A DNA stretch of 41,102 nucleotides, taken from positions 1 to 41,102 of the forward strand of contig CALCQG010000081.1 of assembly GCA_937897575.1 (NCBI GenBank), written 5' to 3'. The notes under the pieces are model-generated. The model searched no databases, had not been told where the DNA came from, and saw nothing but the letters and a program-made list of their open reading frames with translations. The translations under genes were made by a program, and so were the position numbers. This document shows positions 26,345-35,896 of this stretch, in pieces. Numbering within the stretch: the first letter of the stretch is position 1; each line of letters begins with the position of its first letter. Source of the stretch: an uncultured Synergistales bacterium. Lineage in GTDB: Bacteria > Synergistota > Synergistia > Synergistales > Aminobacteriaceae.

Positions 26345-27693
26345 CGCTTGTCACCTCCCGCGACCGCCACGAGCCGGTCGATCTCCTCTTTGGTCCGCTG
26401 CTCCGTCACGGCGAGGAGCCATCCGTTCGCAAGCTCCGGGTAGTCCCGTCCCAGGGGGTACCCCCCGAGGATTCCGGCGTCCATCAGGCGGCCGTTCAGT
26501 CGGTCCACGGGCTCGTCGCAGAGGAGGACCGTCTCTCTGAACGCTGGGACCTTCGGGAAAGCCCGCGTGAACTTTCCGGTCCTCTCGAGGGCCTCCACTG
26601 CGTAGGCCGTTTTGGCCATGATCTGACGCCCGATCTCCCGGAGCCCCTTCGGCCCCATGAGGCTCAGGTACACCGATGCCGCGACGATGCACAGGTTCTG
26701 GTTGGAGCAGATGTTGGACGTGGCCTTCTCGCGGCGGATGTGCTGCTCCCGCGCCTGGAGCGTGAGGACGTAGGTCCGCCGCCCCTCTCTGTCGACGGTC
26801 TGCCCGCAGATCCTTCCGGGCATCCTTCTCATGAGGGGTTTGTTCACGGCGATGAACCCGAAGGCCGGGCCGCCGAAGTTCAGGGAGTTCCCCGCGGACT
26901 GCCCGTCGCCCACCACGATATCCGCGCCGTACTTCCCCGGCGCGTCGATGCTGCCGAGGGTGAGGAGGTCCGTGTTGACCACGAAGAGGGCGCCGTTCTC
27001 GTGAGCCAGCGCGCCGAGGGCCTCGAGGTCCTCCACTACGCCGAAGAAGTTGGGCGACTGGACGACGAGGGCTGCCACGTCCCCCTTGGCGAGGCGGTCT
27101 CCAGCGGCCTTCCGGTCCAGCCGTCCGTCCGCCCACGGGGCCTCCTCGCAGGTGAGCCCTCTGCTCCAGCAGTAGGTTCGGATCACCTCGCGGGTCTGGG
27201 GGTGGGTGTTTTTCGCCACGAGGATATGGGTCCTCTTCGAGACGACGGACGCCATCACGGCCGCCTCGGCGGTGGCCGACGCCCCCTCGTACATGGAGGC
27301 GTTGGAGACCTCCATGCCCGTGAGCTCGCAGACCATGGTCTGGTACTGGAAGATGGCCTGGAGGGTGCCCTGGGCCACCTCCGGCTGGTACGGGGTGTAG
27401 CTGGTGGTGAACTCGCCTCGGGACACTATGGCGTCCACCGCCGCGGGGATGAAGTGGTCGTAGGCGCCCGCGCCGAGAAAGCACGGAATGTCGTCGGCGT
27501 TTTTGTTCCTCCGGGAGAGCCCCTGGAGATGGCGTATCATCTCGGGCTCCGAAAGGGCCTTGGGGAGCCTGGGGAGCTCCTTCTGCAGGACCTGCCCCGG
27601 GACGTCGGAGTAGAATTCGTCCACGGACTCCACGCCCACGAATTCGAGCATGGCCCGCCGCTCGTCCTCCGTTGCTGGGATATAGCGACTCAT
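26341..27693 (-). CDS. gcvPA: Glycine dehydrogenase (decarboxylating) subunit 1
   Basis: [16 protein letters not shown] and [17 protein letters not shown] motifs. Confidence 0.97.
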   Translation of the reverse strand: MSRYIPATEDERRAMLEFVGVESVDEFYSDVPGQVLQKELPRLPKALSEPEMIRHLQGLSRRNKNADDIPCFLGAGAYDHFIPAAVDAIVSRGEFTTSYTPYQPEVAQGTLQAIFQYQTMVCELTGMEVSNASMYEGASATAEAAVMASVVSKRTHILVAKNTHPQTREVIRTYCWSRGLTCEEAPWADGRLDRKAAGDRLAKGDVAALVVQSPNFFGVVEDLEALGALAHENGALFVVNTDLLTLGSIDAPGKYGADIVVGDGQSAGNSLNFGGPAFGFIAVNKPLMRRMPGRICGQTVDREGRRTYVLTLQAREQHIRREKATSNICSNQNLCIVAASVYLSLMGPKGLREIGRQIMAKTAYAVEALERTGKFTRAFPKVPAFRETVLLCDEPVDRLNGRLMDAGILGGYPLGRDYPELANGWLLAVTEQRTKEEIDRLVAVAGGDKR

Positions 27694-27704
27694 GGCGTCA
27701 CCTC

Positions 27705-28103
27705 CTATTCGTTCTCGGCCTCCAGCTCCTCGACGAGTTTGGTGTAGGCCGCGGCATCCATCAGGCCGTCCAGCTCCCCTTCGTCAGAGAGCTCCATCTT
27801 GACGAGCCAGTTGGCGTAGGCGTCCTCGTTGAGAAGCTCGGGGGATTCGTCCAGCGCTTCGTTCACCTCGGTGACGGTGCCCGATACGGGGCTGAAGACA
27901 TCGTTGGCGCCCTTGACGGACTCCACGACGACGAAGTCCTCGGCGGCCGCCACAACTCTCCCCACCTCGGGGAGCTCCACGTACACCACGTCGCCCATGG
28001 CCTGCTGGGCGTAGTCCGTTATCCCCATGACCCCGACCCCGTCGGAGACGCTGATCCACTCGTGATCCTTCGTGTACTTCAGATTTTCGGGTACCTTTGC
28101 CAT
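27705..28103 (-). CDS. gcvH: Glycine cleavage system H protein
   Basis: YTKDHEW, GITDYAQ and VESVK (lipoyl-Lys) motifs. Confidence 0.97.
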   Translation of the reverse strand: MAKVPENLKYTKDHEWISVSDGVGVMGITDYAQQAMGDVVYVELPEVGRVVAAAEDFVVVESVKGANDVFSPVSGTVTEVNEALDESPELLNEDAYANWLVKMELSDEGELDGLMDAAAYTKLVEELEAENE

Positions 28104-28112
28104 TCCTCTCTC

Positions 28113-28204
28113 CTCCTTAATGATATGGTGTATTCTGCGGGTACCGGGTCGGCATTCTTCCGCAGCCTGACTGCTCTTCTCCTTAATGATATGGTGTATT
28201 CTGC
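28113..28204. repeat. Exact 26-bp direct repeat CTCCTTAATGATATGGTGTATTCTGC (28113-28138 and 28179-28204) containing the gcvH RBS
   Basis: Read directly from the sequence; period 66 bp. On the minus strand it ends in TAAGGAG. Confidence 0.95.
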
Positions 28205-28226
28205 CGTGTATCGGACTCTTCGCCTG

Positions 28227-29342
28227 TCAGCTTCCCTGTTTTCTCGAGTAGTAGGGGCGTTTGACCACGACGCCCTTCCTGGCCTTGTCCCGGATGACCA
28301 CCCAGAGGTTCTCCCCCGCGGCCGGTACAGGGGGGGCGACGTAGCAGGAGGCGATGTTGGCGTCGAGAGACGGGGCGTACCCGCCGGACGCCACGAACCC
28401 CACGATCTTTCCGGTCTCGTCGGCCACCTCCATCCCCTGCCTGGGGACACCCTTGTCCTCCATCCGAAGGGGCACGAGACGCCGTTTCGGCCCCTCCTCC
28501 TTCTGGCGCTTCAGGGCGTCCCGGCCGATGAACCCGCCGGGCTTGTCCACCTTCACGAAGAAGCCGTACCCCGCCTCGATTGGGCCGATCTCGTCGGTGT
28601 ACTCGTGCCCGAAGAGGGGAAGCCCGGCCTCGAAGCGGAGGCTGTCCCTGGCCCCGAGGCCGATGGGAAGCAGTCCGTCGGGAGCACCCGCCTCCATGAC
28701 GGCGTCCCAGAGCTCGGCGCCCCTGTCCCAGGGGACGTATATCTCGAAGCCGTCCTCGCCGGTGTACCCCGTCCTGCTGACTAGGGCCGGGATGCCGGCG
28801 ACGTGGACGCCGTCCACGAAGTGGAAGAAGGCGACGGTCGAGGGGTCGAAGTCCGCGATTCTGGCGAGGATGGCCTCCGCCTTGGGGCCCTGGAGAGCGA
28901 CCTCCGCCGTCTCGTCGGAGATGTTCCGGAGGGCGACCCCCTCCCGGGGCAGATGGCTCGAGAACCACTGCCAGTCCTTGTCCACGTTGGCGGCGTTGAC
29001 CACCAGAAGGTACTTCTCCTTGTCGTACCGGTAGACCAGAAGGTCGTCCACCACGCCGCCCGCCTCGTTGCACATGATGTTGTACTGGACCTGGAAGTCC
29101 TTCATGACCGTGATGTCGTTCGTCACGAGGGAGGAGACCCAGGCCTCCGCCGCCGGACCCTCCACGAGGATCTCTCCCATATGGGAGACGTCGAAGAGTC
29201 CGGCGTCGCTCCTGACGTTCAGATGCTCCGTCTTGATGCCGGTAGGCTCGTACTGAACCGGCATGTCCCACCCGCCGTACTCCACCATTCGTCCCTTCGC
29301 CGCCACGTGCCGTTCGTACATGGGGGTTCTCTTCACCGTCAT
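28227..29342 (-). CDS. gcvT: Glycine cleavage system aminomethyltransferase T
   Basis: GLFDVSHMG, SRTGYTGEDGFE and GLGARDSLRFEAG motifs. Confidence 0.97.
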   Translation of the reverse strand: MTVKRTPMYERHVAAKGRMVEYGGWDMPVQYEPTGIKTEHLNVRSDAGLFDVSHMGEILVEGPAAEAWVSSLVTNDITVMKDFQVQYNIMCNEAGGVVDDLLVYRYDKEKYLLVVNAANVDKDWQWFSSHLPREGVALRNISDETAEVALQGPKAEAILARIADFDPSTVAFFHFVDGVHVAGIPALVSRTGYTGEDGFEIYVPWDRGAELWDAVMEAGAPDGLLPIGLGARDSLRFEAGLPLFGHEYTDEIGPIEAGYGFFVKVDKPGGFIGRDALKRQKEEGPKRRLVPLRMEDKGVPRQGMEVADETGKIVGFVASGGYAPSLDANIASCYVAPPVPAAGENLWVVIRDKARKGVVVKRPYYSRKQGS

Positions 29343-29349
29343 TCCCTCC

Positions 29350-30372
29350 TCACTGTTCTCTCGGCTCCGGATGGAGCGCGTTCTCCAGCCATCGAGCCAC
29401 GTCCGCCGCCTCGGCGGAACGGGGCGCCACCCCTCGGACCGCTTCGGCCAGGACCTCCCACCGGAAGGGAAGTCCGTCGAGGGCCGTGGCGATGGCGCAA
29501 ATCCTCTCGCCGTCCATGGCGTCCGAATAGAGCACGGTATTGCATACCCTGCCCGAGATCACGTCGAACCGAAGATCGGCGAGCCCCCATTCGAACCTGC
29601 GGCGCACCGTGACGCCACAGGGCGGGGATTTTCCGTAGATCCATTCGGGGTCAGAGTATCTTCTCCGGGTCGCCTCGAAAGCCTCATTCGCGGGGAACCC
29701 CGACTCCCGAGCCACGTCCTCATGGGGGTACTCCTCGAGGAACCGTTTTTCCAGGGCGAGGCGAAGCGCCTCCATATCCAGGCCCGGCGCAATCTCACCA
29801 AGGTTGATCACCCGGGACTCCACAGACCGGACGCCCTTGGACCGCAGCTTCTCCGGATCAACCTGGAGGTACCGGGAGAGGCGCTCCATGTCCACCGACA
29901 CGAGAAGCGTGCCGTGATGAAGGCCGCAGTGTCGTTTGAGCTGGTAGGCGTTCCCGGAGAACTTCCTCCCGCGGGCGAGCAGGTCGTTTCTGCCGGAGAA
30001 CTCCGCCTCGATCCCGAGCTCCGCCAGAGCGCCGAGAATGACCCCGAGCTGACGATTCATATTATAGAGGGTCCTCGGCATAATGAAAGAGAAGTTCAGG
30101 TTGCCCAAATCGTGGTATACGGCCCCTCCTCCGGTGGATCGGCGGGCGAGGCGTCCCCCCTCTTTTTCGAGGAGCTCCAGACGACACTCGCTCCAGGCGT
30201 TCTGGTTTCGCCCGATGACCACCGTATGGGCGTTCTGCCAGAGGTAGAGCGTTGCCTCGTCCTCCGGGCACAGGTCCACGAGGTGCTCCTCCAGGGCGAG
30301 ATTTGCCCAGGGGTTTGTCTCGAGAGAACGGACGAGGCGCAGTCTCTTCATCTTCGGTGTACCTTCCGTCAT
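29350..30372 (-). CDS. lplA: Lipoate-protein ligase A
   Basis: NLALEE, VIGRNQN, RRSTGGGAVYHDLGN, GRNDL...KFSGNA and HHGTLL motifs. Confidence 0.95.
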   Translation of the reverse strand: MTEGTPKMKRLRLVRSLETNPWANLALEEHLVDLCPEDEATLYLWQNAHTVVIGRNQNAWSECRLELLEKEGGRLARRSTGGGAVYHDLGNLNFSFIMPRTLYNMNRQLGVILGALAELGIEAEFSGRNDLLARGRKFSGNAYQLKRHCGLHHGTLLVSVDMERLSRYLQVDPEKLRSKGVRSVESRVINLGEIAPGLDMEALRLALEKRFLEEYPHEDVARESGFPANEAFEATRRRYSDPEWIYGKSPPCGVTVRRRFEWGLADLRFDVISGRVCNTVLYSDAMDGERICAIATALDGLPFRWEVLAEAVRGVAPRSAEAADVARWLENALHPEPREQ

Positions 30373-30417
30373 AGGGATACCCCCTTGTACGGGAGCATAG
30401 CACAGGAAGCGTGAAAT

Positions 30418-30437
30418 ATATACCTATTAGGGTATAT
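30418..30437. promoter_or_regulatory. Operator-like inverted repeat ATATACC-N6-GGTATAT
   Basis: Perfect 7-bp arms in the AT-rich divergent promoter between lplA-gcv and the hydrolase. Resembles CsoR/RcnR/CstR-family TACC...GGTA sites. Confidence 0.5.
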
Positions 30438-30518
30438 CAATACGACACAGCGTCGGTTCGGATGATGCTATCATTGAGCGCAGGTCCTTCGGACACTTCC
30501 GTAGCGAAAGGATGCCAC

Positions 30519-31331
30519 ATGACACACTCCTGGCACACGCTCCCTCGCCCGGACGGGGCTGCCGTCCGATGGCGGAGCGAGGGCAACGGCGATCCCCTGC
30601 TGCTTATCCCCGGGTTCGGAGGGGACGGAACCTGCTGGGGAGGGCTCTTCGGGAGGGCGCTTCTGAGAAGGGGCGTGGCCCCCGTGCTCTACGATCAGCG
30701 AGGGCTGGGGGGCGAGTTGCCGGGAGACGGAGACCCCGCCATGGAAGAGTACGCCAGCGACGCCGCTGCGGTCCTGGAAGCTCTCGGAGCACCGTGTTCC
30801 GTCCTCGGCTGGTCCATGGGGGCCACGGTGGCCCTTCTCCTTGCCGTCAAACGCCCCGAGTTGGTTCGGGCGCTTGTCCTCTGCTGCGGGACGGCGGACC
30901 ACCCCGCCCTGGTCCGCCGTTTTCCCGAACGGTTCAGGGTGCTCCTGGACGAGGAGGCCCCCGTGGAGACGGTCTCCGATGAGGTCCTTCGGCTCACAGT
31001 GCCACCGTCGTGGGAGAAAAATCCGGCCATGATGCGATCTCTGCGCCGTTCGTCCCGGTCCTTCTTCTCCCGGCGGGAGCGGGGGATCCGGGCCCAGCAG
31101 AGGGCTCTCCGGAGGGCTCCCTCCCTTGCCGCTTCCCTCGGGGCTGTCCGAATCCCTTCGTTGGTCATCGCCGGGGAGAGGGACCGCCTTATCCCTCCCG
31201 GGGAGGGGGAGGCCCTCGCCCTCGGACTTCCCCGGTCGAGGCTGGAGATCCTGCCCGGGGGCCACGGCCTGATCTATGAGAACCCGGAAAATGTTGCAAA
31301 GCTCGTCTCCGATTTTCTCGGGGGCGTGTAG
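30519..31331 (+). CDS. Alpha/beta fold hydrolase
   Basis: LLLIPGFGG, YDQRGLG, GWSMG nucleophile elbow, GERD and GGH. Start codon uncertain. Confidence 0.88.
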   Translation: MTHSWHTLPRPDGAAVRWRSEGNGDPLLLIPGFGGDGTCWGGLFGRALLRRGVAPVLYDQRGLGGELPGDGDPAMEEYASDAAAVLEALGAPCSVLGWSMGATVALLLAVKRPELVRALVLCCGTADHPALVRRFPERFRVLLDEEAPVETVSDEVLRLTVPPSWEKNPAMMRSLRRSSRSFFSRRERGIRAQQRALRRAPSLAASLGAVRIPSLVIAGERDRLIPPGEGEALALGLPRSRLEILPGGHGLIYENPENVAKLVSDFLGGV

Positions 31332-31364
31332 GCTGCCGGACATTCCGTAAAGGGGAGGATCGCT

Positions 31365-31814
31365 GTGTCCTATGAACGAAACGGAGAGACCGACTGCGTA
31401 GAGGGAGCGGCAACGGAGCTTCGCCCCGTCGGGGTTGTCCGATCCCCCTTCAGCTCGAGGGAGGAGTGTCCCAGGCAGGGAGACAAGGGGGGAGCGGATG
31501 GGGTGGTCCATATCTTCCCGGAGTTCTCGGAGGCCCTGGACGGCGTGGAGGAGGGGGACGAGGTTCTGATCCTCACGTGGCTCCACCTGGCGGATCGCAA
31601 GGTTCTGAAGGTCCACCCGAGAGGGGACAGGGCAGCCCCCCTTCGGGGCGTCTTCTCCACGAGATCCCCGGACCGGCCGAACCCCGTTGGGGTGCACCGG
31701 GTGACCGTTCGGGAAAGACGAGGGTTGTCCCTTACGGTTTTTCCGCTCGAGGCCGTGGACGGGACTCCGGTGCTGGACATCAAGTCGGTGCGAAGAGACG
31801 GAAGAGAGGGCTGA
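31365..31814 (+). CDS. tsaA: TsaA/TrmO-family SAM-binding protein (tRNA m6t6A37 methyltransferase-like)
   Basis: CPRQG, GVFSTRSPDRPNPVG and DGTPVLDIK motifs. Confidence 0.88.
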   Translation: MSYERNGETDCVEGAATELRPVGVVRSPFSSREECPRQGDKGGADGVVHIFPEFSEALDGVEEGDEVLILTWLHLADRKVLKVHPRGDRAAPLRGVFSTRSPDRPNPVGVHRVTVRERRGLSLTVFPLEAVDGTPVLDIKSVRRDGREG

Positions 31815-32259
31815 GCGCACCGCCGCGCGCCCGAATACCCTTCGATAGGGCCTCCGTGAAGGTTTGACCGCCCCCCGACCCTCTCCCAATCTCCGAGGGC
31901 GGTCTTCCCCGAATACGTGGCGCGGCAAAGGGTCGGATATAGAGTAGCTGATCTGTCGTGTGGACCTTCAAAGGCGTATTTGGTTGGAGGGGGAGGTACG
32001 ATTACAGAAAATCATGACGCCGCTCTTTTTCGTGCGCGAAATGTGGGGGCGCCGCTCGATGCAAAAGGATGCGCGATGACAGGGGAAAGATGTTTTGATT
32101 GTAATGCCTGAGAGGATTTGTAGAAATTGATCTGTTTTGAGGAAGAGACCGACAGGGGTGAAGTGTGAAGTCGCACTGACCCATGAAAGCTTAGGATCCT
32201 AAAGAACTTCGGTACTCGGAGAGTAAAAAATTTGGTTTTGAAGAAGGGGTTTGGACGAT

Positions 32260-32469
32260 ATGAGCGATGAGGAGATAGTATGTTATTGTTCGGATGTGAC
32301 GAGGAGACAGATCATCGATGCGTTACATGATGGTGCTGAGACAATGGAAGATATCAGAAGAATGACTGGTGCATGTACATTGGGGAAATGCAGGGAATTA
32401 AGCCCAAGAAAAAAATGTTGTTCACCGATAATCGTGAAGATCATAGAGGAATATAAAGCGAGTCGCTGA
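32260..32469 (+). CDS. BFD-like [2Fe-2S]-binding small protein
   Basis: IVCYCSDVT...GA...C...CC pattern. Start may be TTG 32251. GC is ~41% by hand count over 32281-32460. Confidence 0.8.
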   Translation: MSDEEIVCYCSDVTRRQIIDALHDGAETMEDIRRMTGACTLGKCRELSPRKKCCSPIIVKIIEEYKASR

Positions 32470-32927
32470 TAATACGCGCTTTGAGCGTGTCGGACCGGGA
32501 AATTTTGAATGTAGAGAAAGAGAATACATATGTTGAAAGGCGTTCCTACCCTTTGGGAGCTGGGCAGTTTGAGCAAGGGTACCTCCCATTCCCGATGCAC
32601 CACATGATGCAATCTAGAGATTTCGGGCAGAACTCATTTCGTCTTTATGGTCTTCGTCACCATGTAAAAATAGTATGCGAGGACCTGTACCAGGTCTTGT
32701 TTGGCACGGACGTACGACTGCTCTTCTCATGATACTTGGGACAATGAAAATCGTTGAATGGAATGGTGTATCCGTGGTATGGATCCGCCTTCGCCGCCTT
32801 CTCCAAGAAATGCAGAGCCATTCCGCATATGGCACGCATTCTGTTACAGAATGCCCGGTCCGTGACGCGCAAAAGAACCGCTTCGCACTTCGGGGCGCAC
32901 AGAAAGAGTTATCGGGAGGGATGAGAC

Positions 32928-33674
32928 ATGCCGTACGAGGAGTTTCATTTCTTTCTCAAGGACACCGTCCGCCAGAGCGTGGATTTTTCACAGACGAGGC
33001 AGAGCCTCGGGTACCCGCCGCCGGCGGTCCAGAAGCCTTGCGAGGAGGGCGCGAGACGGATCGCCCTGCCGCGCCCGGCTGAGTGGCGCGCCGTGAAGGA
33101 CGTCTCCGTGGCCGAGGCCATGGGGCGGCGTCGCTCCCTCCGCAAATACGCTTCCGCACCCCTCTCGCTGGAGGAGCTCTCCTTTCTGCTCTGGGCCACT
33201 CAGGGTTTTCGGGACAGGGAGAGCGACGCGCGGGTCTATCGGACGGTCCCGTCGGCTGGGTGCCGCCACCCCCTGGAGACCTACCTCGCCGTCCTTCGGG
33301 TGTCGGGGCTCGAGAAGGGGATTTACCGCTTTCTGCCTGTGGAGCACGCGCTCGTCGAAGTCGCCCGCCCCGAATCCCTCGAAGAGCGGACGGCCCAGGC
33401 CTGCCTGAACCAGCCCTTTGCCGGCCGGTCGGCCGTCACCTTCTTCTGGTCGGCCGTCCCGGAGCGGACGGAGTGGCGATACGCCGAAGCGTCGGTGAAG
33501 GTCATCGCCCTCGACGCGGGGCACGTGTGCCAGAACCTCTACCTTGCCTGCGAGGCCATCGAGGCGGGGTGCTGCGCCATCGCCGCCTATGATCAGGAGG
33601 CCGCCGACGCCCTGGTCGGCGTCGACGGCAGAAGCGAGTTCGTCATCTACGCTGCCCCGGTGGGGAAGAGGTGA
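32928..33674 (+). CDS. SagB/ThcOx-family nitroreductase-like dehydrogenase
   Basis: RRSLRKY, LSFLLWATQG, RTVPSAGCRHPLETY and LDAGHVCQNLYL motifs. Confidence 0.9.
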   Translation: MPYEEFHFFLKDTVRQSVDFSQTRQSLGYPPPAVQKPCEEGARRIALPRPAEWRAVKDVSVAEAMGRRRSLRKYASAPLSLEELSFLLWATQGFRDRESDARVYRTVPSAGCRHPLETYLAVLRVSGLEKGIYRFLPVEHALVEVARPESLEERTAQACLNQPFAGRSAVTFFWSAVPERTEWRYAEASVKVIALDAGHVCQNLYLACEAIEAGCCAIAAYDQEAADALVGVDGRSEFVIYAAPVGKR

Positions 33675-33876
33675 CGACACCCTGTTCTCCCCCCTCGGGT
33701 ATGCGTCCCGATCCGGGGAAGGTGGTCCTCTGTCGATGAAGGATCCTTCGGGCTTCGGGTATAATACGGGACGATAGAGCTACGATCTTATTCCGGCGTT
33801 TTCTCTCCCTGAAAGGGTGTCCTGCACTGTGCGAGGCAGGGGGGAGACGGACAATACTTTGGAGGAGACGATCATC

Positions 33877-35028
33877 ATGGGACTGCGACCGACATGGATG
33901 GAAGTACGGCTTGACAACATCAGGGCGAACTATCGCGCCATCAGGGCTTATGTGTCCGAGAAAAACGGCGGGGCCGACGTCCGCGTCTTCGGCGTCATCA
34001 AGGCGAACGCCTACAGCCTCGGCGCCGTCCCCGTGGCGTGGGCCCTCAAACAGGAGGGCATGGACTACTTCATCGTCGCCACCGTCGACGAAGCGTTGGA
34101 GCTCCGGGCGGGCGGCATAACGGACCCTGTCCTCGTGCTGGGGGCGTCGCCCTATGATGCGGTGGACCTCTACGTACGCCATGGAATCCGGGCCTCGGCC
34201 ACCGATCTCGAGATGGCGAGGGCCATGTCCAAGGCCGCCGTCCGCCAGGGCCGAAAGGCCTTCCTGCACGTCAAAGTCGACACGGGGATGGGGCGCATCG
34301 GCTTCCTGCCCGAGGAGATGCCAGGGGCCATCCGGGAGATCGCCTCTCTGCCGAACGTGGTCTGCGAAGGGATCTTCACGCACTTCGCCACATCGGACGG
34401 CGCGGACCTGGCCTATACCGATCATCAGCACGACGTCTTCCTGAAGGTGCTGAGTGCGGTGGAAAGGATGGGGCTGCGCATCCCCATCCAGCACTGCTGC
34501 AACTCCGGCGGGACGCTCTCCAGGCCGGAATGGGCCATGGGTGGCGTCCGCCCCGGGCAGTTAGTGGCCGGGATGTACCCCACGGAGGACGTGCCCCGTA
34601 CTATCCCCATCCTCCCCGGGTTTGCCTTCAAGACGAGGATATCGGCGATCCGGACGCTGCCATCGGGCAGCGGGATAAGCTACGGACTGACCTATACCAC
34701 CGGAAGCGAGGAGAAGCTCGCGGTGCTTCCCGTGGGGTACGCCGACGGCTTTTCGCGCGGCCTGTCGAACAAGGCCGACGTCCTCGTGCGCGGCCGACGG
34801 TGCCCCGTCGTCGGGCGAATCTGCATGGACCAGTGCGTGGTCAACGTGTCCCAGGTGGCTGATGCGGCCGTGGGGGACGAGGTCGTGCTGATCGGTCGAC
34901 AGGGTGCTGAGGAGATCACCATCTACGAGTACGCCAAGAGGCTGGAGACCATTGTCGCCACGGTGGGCGTCGCGATCACGAAGCGCGTCCCGCGCGTCTA
35001 CGTGGACCGGGCGGACGGAGAGAACTGA
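33877..35028 (+). CDS. alr: Alanine racemase-family PLP enzyme with atypical specificity residues
   Basis: VIKANAY (PLP Lys), DTGMGRIG, THFA, ISYG, VGYADG and GRICMD motifs. ATG 33877 follows GGAGG; TATAAT at 33760. Confidence 0.9.
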   Translation: MGLRPTWMEVRLDNIRANYRAIRAYVSEKNGGADVRVFGVIKANAYSLGAVPVAWALKQEGMDYFIVATVDEALELRAGGITDPVLVLGASPYDAVDLYVRHGIRASATDLEMARAMSKAAVRQGRKAFLHVKVDTGMGRIGFLPEEMPGAIREIASLPNVVCEGIFTHFATSDGADLAYTDHQHDVFLKVLSAVERMGLRIPIQHCCNSGGTLSRPEWAMGGVRPGQLVAGMYPTEDVPRTIPILPGFAFKTRISAIRTLPSGSGISYGLTYTTGSEEKLAVLPVGYADGFSRGLSNKADVLVRGRRCPVVGRICMDQCVVNVSQVADAAVGDEVVLIGRQGAEEITIYEYAKRLETIVATVGVAITKRVPRVYVDRADGEN

Positions 35029-35142
35029 CGAGACGGGAAAACAACAGGCGCAGCACAGAGGCTGCGGGGACGAAATTTTGAGGCGCGCCGTACCTCCTCG
35101 GAGCACGGCGCGCTCCTGCATAAAAAAGGAGGTTCTCCCACG

Positions 35143-35679
35143 ATGAACTGCGTTGTGATCACGGGAAGCCCGCACAGAGCTGGCACGACGGCCCTTCTGG
35201 CCGACGAGTTCGTCCGGGGGGCGTCGGAGGCGGGGCATGAGGTGTTCCGCTTCGACGCCGCCTTCGAAAAGATTGCCCCCTGTCTGGGGTGCAACAGGTG
35301 CAGGAGCGGCCGGTGCGTGCACGAGGACGCCATGGACGCGCTGAACCCCAGACTGCTCGCCGCCGAAACGGTCGTCTTCGTGACGCCCCTCTACTACTTC
35401 GGGATGTCGGCGCAGATCAAGAGGGTGATCGACCGCTTCTACGCCAACAACGAAGCGCTCAGGGAGAACCCGAGGAGGGGCATCCTCATGGCGGCCTGCC
35501 ACGACGCCGAGGACTGGGCGATGGAAGGGTTGGTCGCCCACTACAGGGCCATCCTCCGCTACCTGAACTGGACGGACGGCGGGGTGGTGCTGGCCAAAGC
35601 CTGTGGCACGCGAGGGGATGTGGAGAACTTGGAGTACCCCGCCCAGGCCTATCGGCTTGGCAGGAAGCTGGCCCCCTAG
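35143..35679 (+). CDS. Flavodoxin-like iron-sulfur flavoprotein
   Basis: GSPHRAGTT, CLGCNRC...C and PLYYFGMSAQIKRVIDR motifs. Confidence 0.88.
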   Translation: MNCVVITGSPHRAGTTALLADEFVRGASEAGHEVFRFDAAFEKIAPCLGCNRCRSGRCVHEDAMDALNPRLLAAETVVFVTPLYYFGMSAQIKRVIDRFYANNEALRENPRRGILMAACHDAEDWAMEGLVAHYRAILRYLNWTDGGVVLAKACGTRGDVENLEYPAQAYRLGRKLAP

Positions 35680-35819
35680 CAGATTTCCTTCCGCCCTTCT
35701 CGAGAAGAAGGGGTGGCGCGTTCATGGCAGGATTGAAGACGCGGGGCAGCCAAAACAGGCTGGCCCGCGTCTTCGATAGGATGGTTCTGCCGCAGTGAAG
35801 AGATATTTTCCTTGACATC

Positions 35820-35848
35820 TTGCATTTTACACTTCTCTGTACTATAGT
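35820..35848 (+). promoter_or_regulatory. Sigma70-type promoter for the APC permease operon
   Basis: TTGCAT-N17-TATAGT in an AT-rich patch; a TTGACA also occurs at 35812. Confidence 0.5.
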
Positions 35849-35896
35849 GCCAACTTAATATTATCGAGAAACTTTCATACGGAGAGGGGAAAGATC

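Noticed and set aside
28113..28204. 26-bp repeat with a 40-bp spacer as a mini-CRISPR
   Set aside because: Only two units, not palindromic, includes the gcvH RBS, and there are no cas genes in the window.
30373..30518. Glycine riboswitch upstream of the gcv operon
   Set aside because: No GGAGA / CCGAAG / CUCUCAGG pattern, and the region is too short for a tandem aptamer.
32173..32194. Intact IS3-family element
   Set aside because: Only a loose resemblance to one terminal repeat; no transposase, second repeat or target duplication.
32928..33674. SagB-like gene as the sign of a RiPP (thiazole/oxazole) cluster
   Set aside because: No YcaO cyclodehydratase, precursor peptide or exporter nearby; stand-alone SagB-like nitroreductases are common in anaerobes.
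9690..35028. Other TGA-terminated genes (nhaC, glyA-like, TAXI, tsaA, BFD-like, SagB-like, alr) as selenoproteins
   Set aside because: The stops fall at the normal C-termini for their families, not at Cys-equivalent positions.
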